A stretch of DNA of 64,000 nt from Halorutilales archaeon Cl-col2-1 (lineage in GTDB: Archaea; Halobacteriota; Halobacteria; Halobacteriales; Afararchaeaceae): contig CP169074.1 of assembly GCA_041891055.1 (NCBI GenBank), forward strand, positions 512,001-576,000. The letters are read 5' to 3'. The notes beneath the pieces are model-generated. The model was not told the origin of the DNA. It worked only from the letters and a program-made list of their open reading frames with translations, and did not search any database. Numbering within the stretch: position 1 is the first letter of the stretch; each line of letters opens with the position of its first letter. The position numbers were made by a program, and so were the translations under genes. Positions 18,330 to 27,582 of the stretch are shown piece by piece.

Positions 18330-18403
18330 TGCCGCCTCCCGGATTTGAACCAGGGACAACTCGATCTTCAGTCGAGCGCTCTCCCAGGCTGAGCTAAGGC
18401 GGC
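18330..18403 (-). tRNA. tRNA-Phe (GAA)
   Basis: GCCGCCTTAGCTCAGCCTGGGAGAGCGCTCGACTGAAGATCGAGTTGTCCCTGGTTCAAATCCGGGAGGCGGCA folds as a cloverleaf; anticodon GAA; CCA not encoded. Confidence 0.96.
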
Positions 18404-18424
18404 TTCGTCTTACTGCATTACTTC

Positions 18425-18432
18425 TTTATAAG
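18425..18432 (-). promoter_or_regulatory. TATA box of tRNA-Phe
   Basis: CTTATAAA about 25 nt upstream of the tRNA 5' end. Confidence 0.55.
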
Positions 18433-18456
18433 ACTGGATGACATAACAGTTTTCAT

Positions 18457-19182
18457 TTAAGCCGTCTTGCCGCCGTCGACCGGGAGTACGACACCGGTCA
18501 CGAACTCCGACGCCGACGTGAGATAGACGACGGCTTCCGAGACGTCGTCCGGGGAGCCTATACTTCCGACGGGGATCGTCTCGGCGATACGTCTCTCCTC
18601 TTCCTCGTCCCTGTCGGGAGGCGAGAGGACTGTAGCGGGTGCTACGGCGTTTACGGAGATCTCGGGCGCGAGCTCCTTCGCCATCCCTTTCGTGAGAGAG
18701 ATCAGTCCCGCCTTCGAGGCGGAGTATGGGAGATAGCTCGGGTACGGCGTTATACCGCCGACTCCCGCGATGTTGACTATCTTACCCTCGTCGATGACTT
18801 CCGCCGCCCTCTGTGAGACGAAGAAGGGCGCTCTGAGGTTGACGTCTATGTTGTGGTTCCAGTCGTCTTCGTCGACCTCGCCGAAAGGAGTCTCGAAGAA
18901 GACCGACGCGCTGTTTACGACTATGTCGAGACCTTCGAATTCGTCGGCTACGTCGTCGACGAGAGACTCACACTCCTCGACCTCAGAGAGGTCTGCCTGA
19001 AACACCGACGACTCGACGCCTTTCTCACGTATCTCCTCAGCGGTCTTCTCGGCGGCGTCGCCACTCGTCCTGTAATGGACTCCGACGTCGGCACCTTCGT
19101 CGGCGAGAGCGAGCGCTATCTCCTTCCCGACGCGTTTAGCACTTCCCGTCACGAGGGCTGTCTTAGAGTCGAGTTCGGACAT
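18457..19182 (-). CDS. SDR oxidoreductase, pteridine reductase (FolM/PTR1)-like
   Basis: TGSAKRVG, VHY, VNSAS(VF), YSASK, LAPEISVNAVAP motifs typical of pteridine-reductase-type SDRs. Confidence 0.8.
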   Translation of the reverse strand: MSELDSKTALVTGSAKRVGKEIALALADEGADVGVHYRTSGDAAEKTAEEIREKGVESSVFQADLSEVEECESLVDDVADEFEGLDIVVNSASVFFETPFGEVDEDDWNHNIDVNLRAPFFVSQRAAEVIDEGKIVNIAGVGGITPYPSYLPYSASKAGLISLTKGMAKELAPEISVNAVAPATVLSPPDRDEEEERRIAETIPVGSIGSPDDVSEAVVYLTSASEFVTGVVLPVDGGKTA

Positions 19183-19271
19183 ACGTATACGACGGGGGGA
19201 AACCGGAAAACCGTACCGTCTGATGACAGAGGCTCCGTTCGGTTTATGAGTCGAGACCCACAAGACGGAGT

Positions 19272-19886
19272 ATGAAAGGGCTACTCTACAGCGGCGGGGT
19301 CGAGAGCGCCTACCTCCTACAGAGTCTCGATGGCGAGATCCAGCCCGTCTATGTCAGCTACGGCTTTCCGTGGGAGGAGTACGAGCGGAAGAAGGCGAGG
19401 CAGCACGTCGAAAGAGTAGAGAACGCGGAAGAACTCATGGAGATCGAGGTACAGCACGACGACCCTTCGAGGATGAGATATAAAGATGTCGACCCCGAGG
19501 ACAAGTACTTCACCTACATACACGGCAGGTCGAGTAGTCTCATAACAAACGCCTCGGTAGAGTTGACGGCTATGGGTGTCACGGATATCTACGAGGGGAC
19601 TCTCGCATCGGGCGACAGATCCTTCCGTGACTCGTCACGCGGATTCTACGACGCGATCGAGGACGCTCTCTCGACGGGGCTCGACGACGACCTGAGTATA
19701 CACACCCCGCTCTACGGCAGGGAGAAGGCGGAGATCGCCGCCGAGCTTATAACAGGAGAGTTCGAGGTGGGATTTGACGACACCGTCTCGTGTATACTCA
19801 CCGACGACCCCGACGGCTGTGGCGACTGTTACAAGTGCCACGAGAGGGAGAAAGCCAGAAAAGAGGCAGAGTCTCTTATCGACTGA
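19272..19886 (+). CDS. QueC-like PP-loop protein (7-cyano-7-deazaguanine synthase family)
   Basis: LLYSGGVES PP-loop; F.DS..FY; TVSC..CGDCYKC zinc site. Confidence 0.75.
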   Translation: MKGLLYSGGVESAYLLQSLDGEIQPVYVSYGFPWEEYERKKARQHVERVENAEELMEIEVQHDDPSRMRYKDVDPEDKYFTYIHGRSSSLITNASVELTAMGVTDIYEGTLASGDRSFRDSSRGFYDAIEDALSTGLDDDLSIHTPLYGREKAEIAAELITGEFEVGFDDTVSCILTDDPDGCGDCYKCHEREKARKEAESLID

Positions 19887-19907
19887 TTCCGTTTTCGTCT
19901 ACGTCTA

Positions 19908-21053
19908 CTATGAGTCTACGAGGTTGCCGTCCTTTATTACCAGCCTCTGGTTCCTCCAGTTCGAGACGTCTTCGAGGGGGTCTCCCGACAGTACGAGGAG
20001 GTCGGCTGTGTAACCCTCGCGCACGTATCCCACCTCGTCGTCGATGCCCAAGAGTTCGGCGGCGTTCGACGTCGCCGCATCGAGTACGGTCTTCTCGTCA
20101 ATGCCGTACTCCGACATGAGTTCTAACTCGTGGAGGTTCTCACTGTGGTAGTTGTACGACGTACCGGCGTCACTTCCCATTGCGACCCTGACGCCGTTCT
20201 CGACCATTCTGTCGACGACTGACTTCTGTCTCTCGACGGTTTCCTCCGCCTTACGTAACTTCTCGTCGGAGACTTTCTCGGGGTTCTCGATGGACATACG
20301 TGTCGGCTTGTGGGTCGGAACCCAGAAGGTACCGTTCCGCGCGAGCGTCTCGGCGGCTTCGTCGTCGGCGAACTTACAGTGTTCGACGCTGTCGACACCT
20401 GCCTCCGATGCGGCGAGTATGCCGTCTTTCCCCTCGGCGTGTGCCGCAGTAGGGACGTCCTTCATCTCGGCGACCTCGACAGCTGCCTCTATCTCGTCGC
20501 GCGTCATCTCCTGTGCGCCCCGTGTCGACGAGTAGGCACTCGAAGTCGTCATCAGCTTTATGACTTCGGCATCCCGTTCGATCTGTTCCCTCACAGCCTT
20601 TCTGACCTCTGAGACGCCGTCTGCCTCGCGACAGCTTCCCGAGAAATGTCCTCCCGTACACGATATACCCTGTCCACACGCCACGACGCGTGGACCGTCG
20701 ATCAGACCCTCCTCGACCGCTCTGCCGGCGTCTATCACCGACGGGTCGGGTGCGTTGAGGTCTCTGACCGTCGTCACTCCAGCAGAGAGGGTCTTCTCCA
20801 TGTTGTCGACGACTCGGTACCATCTCATCCTGTCGTCGCCGTGTCTGTTAGTCGGGAGACACTCCGAGACAAGATGTACGTGGCAGTCTATGACACCCGG
20901 GACGACGTAGTCGCCGTCGAGGTCATAGATCTCATCGTCTCCGTCAACATCGGAGATATCGGAGTCTATCTCATCTATCTTACCGTCACGTATCAAGACG
21001 TCGCCGTGTCTCTCGCCGTCTGAGTCGACTACTTTCGAATTTTTGAGGAGCAC
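19908..21053 (-). CDS. metal-dependent amidohydrolase (prolidase-like subgroup)
   Basis: PGVIDCHVH, GVTTVRD, AAHA, SVEH, GSDAG motifs. Confidence 0.9.
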   Translation of the reverse strand: MLLKNSKVVDSDGERHGDVLIRDGKIDEIDSDISDVDGDDEIYDLDGDYVVPGVIDCHVHLVSECLPTNRHGDDRMRWYRVVDNMEKTLSAGVTTVRDLNAPDPSVIDAGRAVEEGLIDGPRVVACGQGISCTGGHFSGSCREADGVSEVRKAVREQIERDAEVIKLMTTSSAYSSTRGAQEMTRDEIEAAVEVAEMKDVPTAAHAEGKDGILAASEAGVDSVEHCKFADDEAAETLARNGTFWVPTHKPTRMSIENPEKVSDEKLRKAEETVERQKSVVDRMVENGVRVAMGSDAGTSYNYHSENLHELELMSEYGIDEKTVLDAATSNAAELLGIDDEVGYVREGYTADLLVLSGDPLEDVSNWRNQRLVIKDGNLVDS

Positions 21054-21099
21054 ACCGGTTAATTAGCCCGAGATTCGTTAACCCTTCTGGTGTGAGGGT

Positions 21100-21640
21100 C
21101 AAGTGTGAAGTACCCCGCGCACGGTGGCGCGGGGCTTCGCCGTTTGGCCTCTCCCAACAGGGAGCGTAACGGCGGCAGGCGAATTTAATTTCCTCCGCAC
21201 TTCCCAGATGGGTCGTGTGGGAGCAGTAACACCCGAACACGCCGTGTCTCCTACCGCACTAGAGATCGTCTAGTGCTGCCGTAGGTGGCGTGTCCGTGGA
21301 GGTCGGCGGCTTCACCACCGCCCGACACACTTGAAGCCCGGCGCAACCTTGCGGTGTTTTGCGAGGCGGATACCGTGGCTCCCGTACTGTAAATATGGTT
21401 CGACAGCAACTTGAACATATGGATTGTGCAGCGGAGCGAACGCGCTTCACCCCCGCCCACGGTGTTGACGCAAATCAAAGATTTGCGAAAGTCCCGAGAT
21501 CTCCGATCTCGTGTACTCGCTAATCGGAGATTAGCGAAAGTTGTTAGATCTCCGATCTAACAGCCCGTGAATCTATGATTCACGAAGCCGAAAACCTGCG
21601 GTTTTCGGAAGGGCGGGGAACTCGCGCTGCTTTTCGTTTA
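21100..21640. mobile_element. non-autonomous IS200/IS605-derived element with a hairpin array nested in its terminal hairpin
   Basis: Subterminal GC hairpins CCCCGCGC..GCGCGGGG (left) and CCCCGCCC..GGGCGGGG (right); no transposase; boundaries approximate. Confidence 0.65.
21469..21608. repeat. tandem array of six 3-nt-loop palindromes (~24 nt period)
   Basis: CGCAAATC-AAA-GATTTGCG, CGAGATC-TCC-GATCTCG, CGCTAATC-GGA-GATTAGCG, TGTTAGATC-TCC-GATCTAACA, CGTGAATC-TAT-GATTCACG, CCGAAAACC-TGC-GGTTTTCGG. Confidence 0.9.
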
Positions 21641-21812
21641 GAGCATGATGTTGTGAAGAGGAGAATAGGATTTCAGCCAGTTTGAGGTTGATTTGACGAA
21701 CTGTACTTAATCGCCTCAATACCAACGCTTTCTCAGCGTGTCACAGAAGGCATCCCACGGTCTATTCATCCAGACCTCTTGAATTTATATACGTGATACA
21801 AGCGCGAATCGG

Positions 21813-22022
21813 TCACTCCCCAACCGGTTCGGTGTTGGGATCGAACAGCTCTTCGATCCGGCAATCGAAGTACTCAGAAAGTTTGAATGCCAACTCTAGC
21901 GATGGATCGTAGCGGTTACGTTCGACTGCGTTTATCGTTTGACGTGAGACGCCAACGGCTGTGGCTAAGTCCTCCTGACTTATCCCTTTGCGTTCGCGGT
22001 AAACATCTATTTTATTTTTCAT
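21813..22022 (-). CDS. XRE/Cro-family HTH transcriptional regulator
   Basis: SQEDLATAVGVSRQTINAVERNRYDPSLELAFKL. Confidence 0.92.
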   Translation of the reverse strand: MKNKIDVYRERKGISQEDLATAVGVSRQTINAVERNRYDPSLELAFKLSEYFDCRIEELFDPNTEPVGE

Positions 22023-22035
22023 GGATACGTCGCTG

Positions 22036-22473
22036 CTATTCGTACTGTCGTTTTACATACCAGTGAGCAGCTCCGAAGATAAACGTCAACAGGAGATAAC
22101 TCCAGATCGCTCCTCGGATAGCTGCGGGAGCGGTATACACGCCAGTCGTGCTGAGGACGACATCTGCCGGAATTCCGATGATAACGACAGCGGTAATGAA
22201 TGTCAATGTCGCTTGGCTTGCTTCCCGCTCCGTGTGCTGTTCGAATTCATCCCTGAGTACAACTTGCGAGTACCAGTATCCGATTCCCATTCCGATGGCA
22301 CCGAGCCAATAAAGCCCTAATCCGGCAAAGAGCACAAGCTGTTCTTCGGTGACCATCCATATCGCCGTCGCAATGAAGAAACTCGCAACACCGAACCCAA
22401 CGGATCTGTTGATCCACTTGGTGTACTGTTCGCGCTTCCGGACTTGTTGTTTCGCGGTGAGTTCTTCTGTCAT
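22036..22473 (-). CDS. DUF2178-like membrane protein
   Basis: Four TM segments with a DE...EREAS motif; typical partner of the XRE gene. Confidence 0.7.
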   Translation of the reverse strand: MTEELTAKQQVRKREQYTKWINRSVGFGVASFFIATAIWMVTEEQLVLFAGLGLYWLGAIGMGIGYWYSQVVLRDEFEQHTEREASQATLTFITAVVIIGIPADVVLSTTGVYTAPAAIRGAIWSYLLLTFIFGAAHWYVKRQYE

Positions 22474-22536
22474 TGGTACCAGGATGTAAAAGTCATCCGC
22501 GGGAAGTTTAAGGTGCTAACGGCTCCAACACCGGGC

Positions 22537-22925
22537 ATGGGAATCCTCTCGCGCGTCGTACATCGTGCGGTCGAAGGTCAACTTGGTGCTCAACCTCGCC
22601 GAGAACCCCGACGAGACGCTCAACTACTCCTACAAGCAGATGCGCGACCAGCTACAGGAGGTCAAGCAGGGCATCATCGACCTGATGACCCAGAAGAAAC
22701 GGCTGGAGATCCAAAAGCGTCGGCTGGAGGAGAAAGTCGAGAAACACAACGAACAGGCCCGCGAGGCCGTCCGGCAGGATCGCGACGACCTCGCTCGCGA
22801 GGCGCTGGAGAAGAAGAAGTCCAAGACGCAGGAGATCGAGGATCTAGAGATTTAGATCGCCGAACTCTAAGATTCACAGGATCGCCTCGTCGAGAAGAAA
22901 GAGGAGCTGCAGGATGACGAGTAAG
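22537..22925 (+). pseudogene. pspA: PspA/IM30 family pseudogene
   Basis: MGILSR start then a frameshift into RSKVN..AENPDETLNYSY.QMRDQLQ..DDLAREALEKK; in-frame TAG at 22853; truncated. Confidence 0.85.
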
Positions 22926-22975
22926 CCCAGCAGTTTTCCGGGGCGACGTGACACCTTTTTCAGGAGTGACCTCAC

Positions 22976-24025
22976 ATGAGTGACGACGACGTACCCGACG
23001 ATTCCCGGGGACAGACCCAGGACACGATGCGCGAGCGGGCGGAGGCAAGCACCCGGAAGCTCTGGCTGCTGATGACGGCTGACCGCCGGCTGATCACCTC
23101 GGGGATAGTCGGATTCCTGTTCGCCGGTGTCGTGATTGGCGGAATCCTCCACCCGACGGACGCCCACACCTTGATTGCCGACGGCGACCCGATGGAGACG
23201 CTCGCACAGGCGCTGGTCGGCTCGACGGTGACCGGCGTCACGTTGGTACTCACCCTTTCACAGTTGGTGCTTTCACAGGAACAAGGTGCTGTCGGCGATC
23301 AACGCAACCGGATGGAAGAGGCGATGTCGTTCCGGTCGGACGTGGCCGAACTGCTGGAAGAGCCCGTGAGTCCGACCGAACCCTCGGCGTTCCTCCGTGC
23401 GCTGGTACAGGCGACGCAGCGTCGCGCCGAGGAGGTCGAGTCCGCGGCTGAGGGACTGGATCAGGAGGTGACCGAACGCCTGACGGAGTACACTCGGGGC
23501 GTCCAGGAGAACAGCCAGGGCGTGCGCGAGAGCCTCGACGGTGCCAACTTCGGCGAGTTCGACGTGATCCGTGCGGCGCTCGACTTCAACTACTCCTGGA
23601 AGCTGTACGCTGCCCGGAAGCTCCGGGCCGACTACGAGGATCGACTTACCGACCATGCGATTGACCGGCTGGAGGCACTGTCGAGCGTGCTCGAACTGTT
23701 CGGCCCCGCCCGCGAGCACTTTAAGACGCTCTACTTCCAGTGGGAGCTGATCGACCTCTCGCGGTCTATCCTCTGGGCATCGCTGCCGTCGCTACTGGTG
23801 TCGATGTGGGCACTGTTGTTCTTCGACGCCACAGTCATGGCCGACACGCTCCTTGGTATTCCGCTCTCGCTGCTGGTAACCGCGGGGGTGGTCGCGATCG
23901 CGCTGCTGCCGTTTGCGGTGCTGCTCGCGTACATCCTCCGGATCGTCACCGTCACCAAACGGACTCTCTCGATCGGGCCGTTCATCCTCCGGGAGACCGA
24001 CCGAAACGCGGAGTTCGAGGATTGA
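22976..24025 (+). CDS. conserved haloarchaeal membrane protein
   Basis: 349 aa, N- and C-terminal TM pairs, AREHFKTLYFQWEL segment; visibly higher GC than flanks. Confidence 0.75.
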   Translation: MSDDDVPDDSRGQTQDTMRERAEASTRKLWLLMTADRRLITSGIVGFLFAGVVIGGILHPTDAHTLIADGDPMETLAQALVGSTVTGVTLVLTLSQLVLSQEQGAVGDQRNRMEEAMSFRSDVAELLEEPVSPTEPSAFLRALVQATQRRAEEVESAAEGLDQEVTERLTEYTRGVQENSQGVRESLDGANFGEFDVIRAALDFNYSWKLYAARKLRADYEDRLTDHAIDRLEALSSVLELFGPAREHFKTLYFQWELIDLSRSILWASLPSLLVSMWALLFFDATVMADTLLGIPLSLLVTAGVVAIALLPFAVLLAYILRIVTVTKRTLSIGPFILRETDRNAEFED

Positions 24026-24145
24026 CCGGACACACGCCGGCAACTCCCTTGGGAACTACTGCTGCCGCACGCCGGTGGCGGGCAGCCCCAGCTCCGCCAG
24101 CCACATCTCGCCTTCCGAGAGGTCGACGCGTCGCAGTGACAAGAG

Positions 24146-24190
24146 AGCTAACTAACATTTCTAATATTTCTCTAGAGACGTTGGTTAGCT
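24146..24190. repeat. spaced inverted-repeat site 1 (AGCTAACTAAC-N23-GTTGGTTAGCT)
   Basis: Read directly from the sequence; homologous to sites at 25398, 28364, 46302, 52356. Confidence 0.8.
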
Positions 24191-24537
24191 ATATTCGTAG
24201 TTTCCTTCCTTGACTCCGAGTAGAACTCAGATAGACATAGTCATAGATACTTCCATTCGAGGAAATAGCTTTTCCTCCCGTATTGCAGTTTCTTCTGCCG
24301 TGTTGAAGAGAGGTACAGCGTAGGGATTAATCGTTAGAGGATTAAGAATGAAGTCGAGAAGAGAATTTTATTTGTAGAGCGCGTTGAGTGTCATCTCGTC
24401 GACAGCAACACCTTTCTCCTCCATGGAGTTGATATCCAATTAATACGTGTTAGAAGGTAATAAAGCTATCGCAGAAACACACCGCCCATATAACACGAGT
24501 AAATAGGCTTAAGTATAATCCATTCGTACGTCGTTCT

Positions 24538-24936
24538 ATGGGTGGAGAGAGACCGCGACGCGAAGACGGGACTTTCGAGAAAACAGTCACCGAACAAGAC
24601 ATACTGAAGACACTCGACAGTGCCGACGCTCCTATAATGACGGCTAAGGAGATCGCCGACGAGCTCGACGCCTCGAATGTCATCGTAGGAGAAAGGCTCA
24701 AAGAGATGCATGACAGCGGGCTCGTAGGACGAAAGAAGACAGGTGCACGTGCCGTCGCATGGTGGGCTAAAGTCAAGCCCCAACCCGAGGTCGACGCCGA
24801 CATCGAGGATATGGACGCGTCCGACTTCCGCGGAATCATAAAGACAGACAAGACGGCTAAGCAACTCGTCGAAGAAGCCCGTGAGAAGGATCGCGAGCGC
24901 GAAGAACGTCTTATGGACGTAGCGAAGAATGAATAA
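24538..24936 (+). CDS. HTH protein, putative antitoxin
   Basis: MTAKEIADEL..RLKEMHDSGLVGRKKTGARAVAWW wHTH; overlaps the PIN gene. Confidence 0.8.
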   Translation: MGGERPRREDGTFEKTVTEQDILKTLDSADAPIMTAKEIADELDASNVIVGERLKEMHDSGLVGRKKTGARAVAWWAKVKPQPEVDADIEDMDASDFRGIIKTDKTAKQLVEEAREKDREREERLMDVAKNE

Positions 24937-25342
24937 CGAACGTATTGTCTTCGACACGGAACCACTCGTCGCACAAGCCGCCTCAGAAACGGGCGAGGAA
25001 GTAGTAGAGTCATACCTTGACCGCGTCAAAGAAGGCGACCTTGAAGGCTTCGTCAGTCCTGTTACCCTAACCGAGGTCAAGTACATAACACAGAGAGTTG
25101 AGACAGCTATACCGACCGACGTCTTCCTTAGTTGGATACAGACCCTACTACACAGAGTAGACGCGTCGGACTGTTGGAATGACGCAGCACGATACAAGGA
25201 AAAACACCAGGTCGCACTCGGAGACGCCTACTCTCTAGCAACCGCTAACTACGTCGACGGTACTCTCCTCGCCGGAGCTGACGACGACTTCGACACAATC
25301 GACGACGTCGACGTCGAGAGGTTCAGAGAAGATTCCGTATAG
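24929..25342 (+). CDS. PIN-domain (VapC) toxin
   Basis: IVFDTEPL, TLTEV, ALGDAY, GADDDF. Confidence 0.85.
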   Translation: MNNERIVFDTEPLVAQAASETGEEVVESYLDRVKEGDLEGFVSPVTLTEVKYITQRVETAIPTDVFLSWIQTLLHRVDASDCWNDAARYKEKHQVALGDAYSLATANYVDGTLLAGADDDFDTIDDVDVERFREDSV

Positions 25343-25345
25343 ATG

Positions 25346-25443
25346 TCATTACTCCCGTAGGTAGTCTATATCGTCCAAGGTTGTTCTGTCCTAGTATATC
25401 TAACCAACAGTCTCTAGATTATTTTCGAAAATGTTGGTTAGCT
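25346..25443 (+). repeat. ~98 bp dispersed direct repeat containing inverted-repeat site 2
   Basis: TCATTACTCCCGTAGG.AGTCTATATC.TCCAAGG..GTTCTGTCC...CTAACCAACA...TGTTGGTTAGCT recurs at 52305-52402. Confidence 0.85.
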
Positions 25444-25508
25444 CTCTATTCTCTCGTCGACGACATCACCATTCACCTCCCCAAAGTTGGTGTCTTGTAC
25501 CGTACCAG

Positions 25509-25889
25509 TCAAACCCCGAACGGGAGATTGAGGTCAAACTGATAATTAGAATTGAAGTCAGGCGTAGTCCCGTTAAGACCCTTAGAAGCTATGTTAATAT
25601 CCATCTCAATAATACGCTTATCATTCATTATACCATATGTTTCAAACTGAAATTTATTATCTGGCGATATAGGGTTTTTAAGCAGAGAGAAGTTCATATC
25701 AACCCCAATATAAGGACCACTCCCTATCTTAAAATCATAATTAGAACCATCAGAAGACACCCCAGACAAGTTACCCGTCTTGCTAAATGTACTATTATTC
25801 ATGTCAAATCCAGGATCCTGAGCTGTAGAAAGAGGTGGAGTTGCAACTATGCTTAAAATAGCCATCAGTACAAAAATTTGTCTGTTCAT
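25509..25889 (-). CDS. hypothetical secreted protein (AT-rich)
   Basis: Signal-peptide-like N-terminus, Asn-rich with sequons. Confidence 0.55.
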   Translation of the reverse strand: MNRQIFVLMAILSIVATPPLSTAQDPGFDMNNSTFSKTGNLSGVSSDGSNYDFKIGSGPYIGVDMNFSLLKNPISPDNKFQFETYGIMNDKRIIEMDINIASKGLNGTTPDFNSNYQFDLNLPFGV

Positions 25890-25944
25890 AGAGTCGAATA
25901 ACTAGGAGAGGGCAAAAAATCTTTGGCAACACAGAATACTGGGT

Positions 25945-27186
25945 TCAGCTTCGGTCACTTGTTATCTTATTTACTGCACTTGAGGCGAAGTTTCTGACGT
26001 CCTCGTTTCTCTCCTCGCGGATCATTCTGTTGAGGTCACCAACGGCTTTCTTAGCTCCTATCTTACCGAGTGCGAACGCAGCCATCTTTCTGACCTCGGG
26101 CTCTCTGTGTCTGAGAGCATCCGTGAGGTGATAGACAGCCGGCTGTCCTATCTCAGTAAGACTCGTGGCGGCTAGCCTTCTCACCTGTTGATCGTCGTCT
26201 TCGAGAGCGTCGATAAGAGGGTCTATCATTCTTCTGTTACCTATATGCCCCAACAACCATGCTGCATTTCTTCTTATAGGTGCTTGACTTGATTCTTCGA
26301 GAGCGGAGACAACAGGAGCTACACCCATCTCTGTATCCAAGTCTTCAAGGCGAGAAGCTATCTTCTCACGTATCCTGTGGCTCTCTTCGACGGGAGCCTT
26401 CGAAAGAATCTCTATCAATGCTATCGTGATACTCTCTCTAACCAGTACTTCGTCGTCTGTCAGAGAGTCGAGAAGAGGGTCTATAACTTCTTCACCTCCT
26501 ACACTACCGAGTGCATAGGCTGCGGTTTTTCGGACATAGAGGTACTCGTCGTTTAGAGCCTTTATCAGATCTTCAACTCCTTTTTTACTGCCTATGTCTT
26601 TGAGAGAAACCGTAGCCTGTCTCCGCACCTCCTGGTTTGGATCGTCTAAAAGACCGGTTAAGGGTTCGACGGCTCTCTCGTCTCCAAGACTGCCTAGACT
26701 ACGAGCGACGTTCTCTCTGACCTTGGGATCGTTGTCATCCAAAGCGTGTATGAGTGGCTTGAGTGCTCTTTTTTCACCTATGTGTCCTAGACCGAGTGCA
26801 GCAACAATTCGGATAACGGGTGATTCTGAGTCAAGTGCATTTATGAGAAACTCCGTTGAAGCTCTATCGTCGTCGTCCTGGGATAGCTTCGTGTCGTTCT
26901 CTGTCTCGTATTTACCGATAAGACGTCTGACCTTGTCTATGTCCGCAGACCACACTAGTGACTCAGCAGCAGCTTTTCGTACTTTCTGACTTCGGTCACC
27001 CACTGCTGTCTTGATCAGGATGTTTACTCTTTTTTCTTGGAGATCTTCGTCCTGTATTTCTAGGTCTCCGATGACCTCGGCTGCTCGTGTTCTGGCAGCT
27101 ACAACCGGGTTATTTTCTATATGCTCGATTAGACCAGAGATGTCACCATCTTTTTCAAGAGCAAACAGAGCCTCTTCACTAGACAT
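25945..27186 (-). CDS. HEAT repeat (PBS-lyase-like) protein
   Basis: Repeated VR..AA.ALG.IG...AV.PLI.AL.D motifs. Confidence 0.9.
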   Translation of the reverse strand: MSSEEALFALEKDGDISGLIEHIENNPVVAARTRAAEVIGDLEIQDEDLQEKRVNILIKTAVGDRSQKVRKAAAESLVWSADIDKVRRLIGKYETENDTKLSQDDDDRASTEFLINALDSESPVIRIVAALGLGHIGEKRALKPLIHALDDNDPKVRENVARSLGSLGDERAVEPLTGLLDDPNQEVRRQATVSLKDIGSKKGVEDLIKALNDEYLYVRKTAAYALGSVGGEEVIDPLLDSLTDDEVLVRESITIALIEILSKAPVEESHRIREKIASRLEDLDTEMGVAPVVSALEESSQAPIRRNAAWLLGHIGNRRMIDPLIDALEDDDQQVRRLAATSLTEIGQPAVYHLTDALRHREPEVRKMAAFALGKIGAKKAVGDLNRMIREERNEDVRNFASSAVNKITSDRS

Positions 27187-27582
27187 ATCCCTCTTCTGTG
27201 TGTACTGTTGATTTTACTGAGTCTTAATCATTTTGCCGAGATGTCGGTTTTTACAGGCAGTCGAGACGAATGCCCCGGGGTCGTATGCAAATCGAAGGTT
27301 TGCTTGCTCAAAAATCTAAGATTGATAAAGTCAGCTATGCGCCTCGAATCGTAGAGCCAGCACGCTCACATTCGAAAAATATGGAGAAGCATGATTATGT
27401 CAGTCAAAAAGATCCTAACCGAGAAACGGGCAAAGAGAGAGACAAAGATGTCTGTGACTACACTGGTACTGGGTATCTTTTCGGAGAAAATGCTTTCGCA
27501 GCTTGGTACAGATGGATGAGACGAGAAAAAAACCAATACGAGCGGTAACTTCATGTAAGGTAAGTGCATACTTCGGTACCGT

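Larger units (their letters stand above)
15727..18351. mobile_element. decayed genomic island integrated at tRNA-Phe
   Basis: Bounded by direct repeats of the tRNA 3' end; contains gene fragments; no integrase seen. Confidence 0.65.

Noticed and set aside
21469-21608. CRISPR array
   Set aside because: There are no identical direct repeats or unique 30-40 nt spacers, the period is only ~24 nt, and no cas genes are in the window.
24200-24430. Possible gene remnant between site 1 and the HTH/PIN pair
   Set aside because: Only short interrupted frames (MEEKGVAVDEMTLNALYK*) with no recognisable family.
24466-25197. 243-aa minus-strand ORF (and similar long antisense ORFs at 27415, 60146, 61446, 62391)
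   Set aside because: These are shadows of well-supported genes on the opposite strand, common in GC-rich haloarchaeal DNA.
27270-27548. 92-aa ORF upstream of sod
   Set aside because: No recognisable motif and a non-acidic composition; it spans likely promoter regions. A shorter real peptide cannot be excluded.
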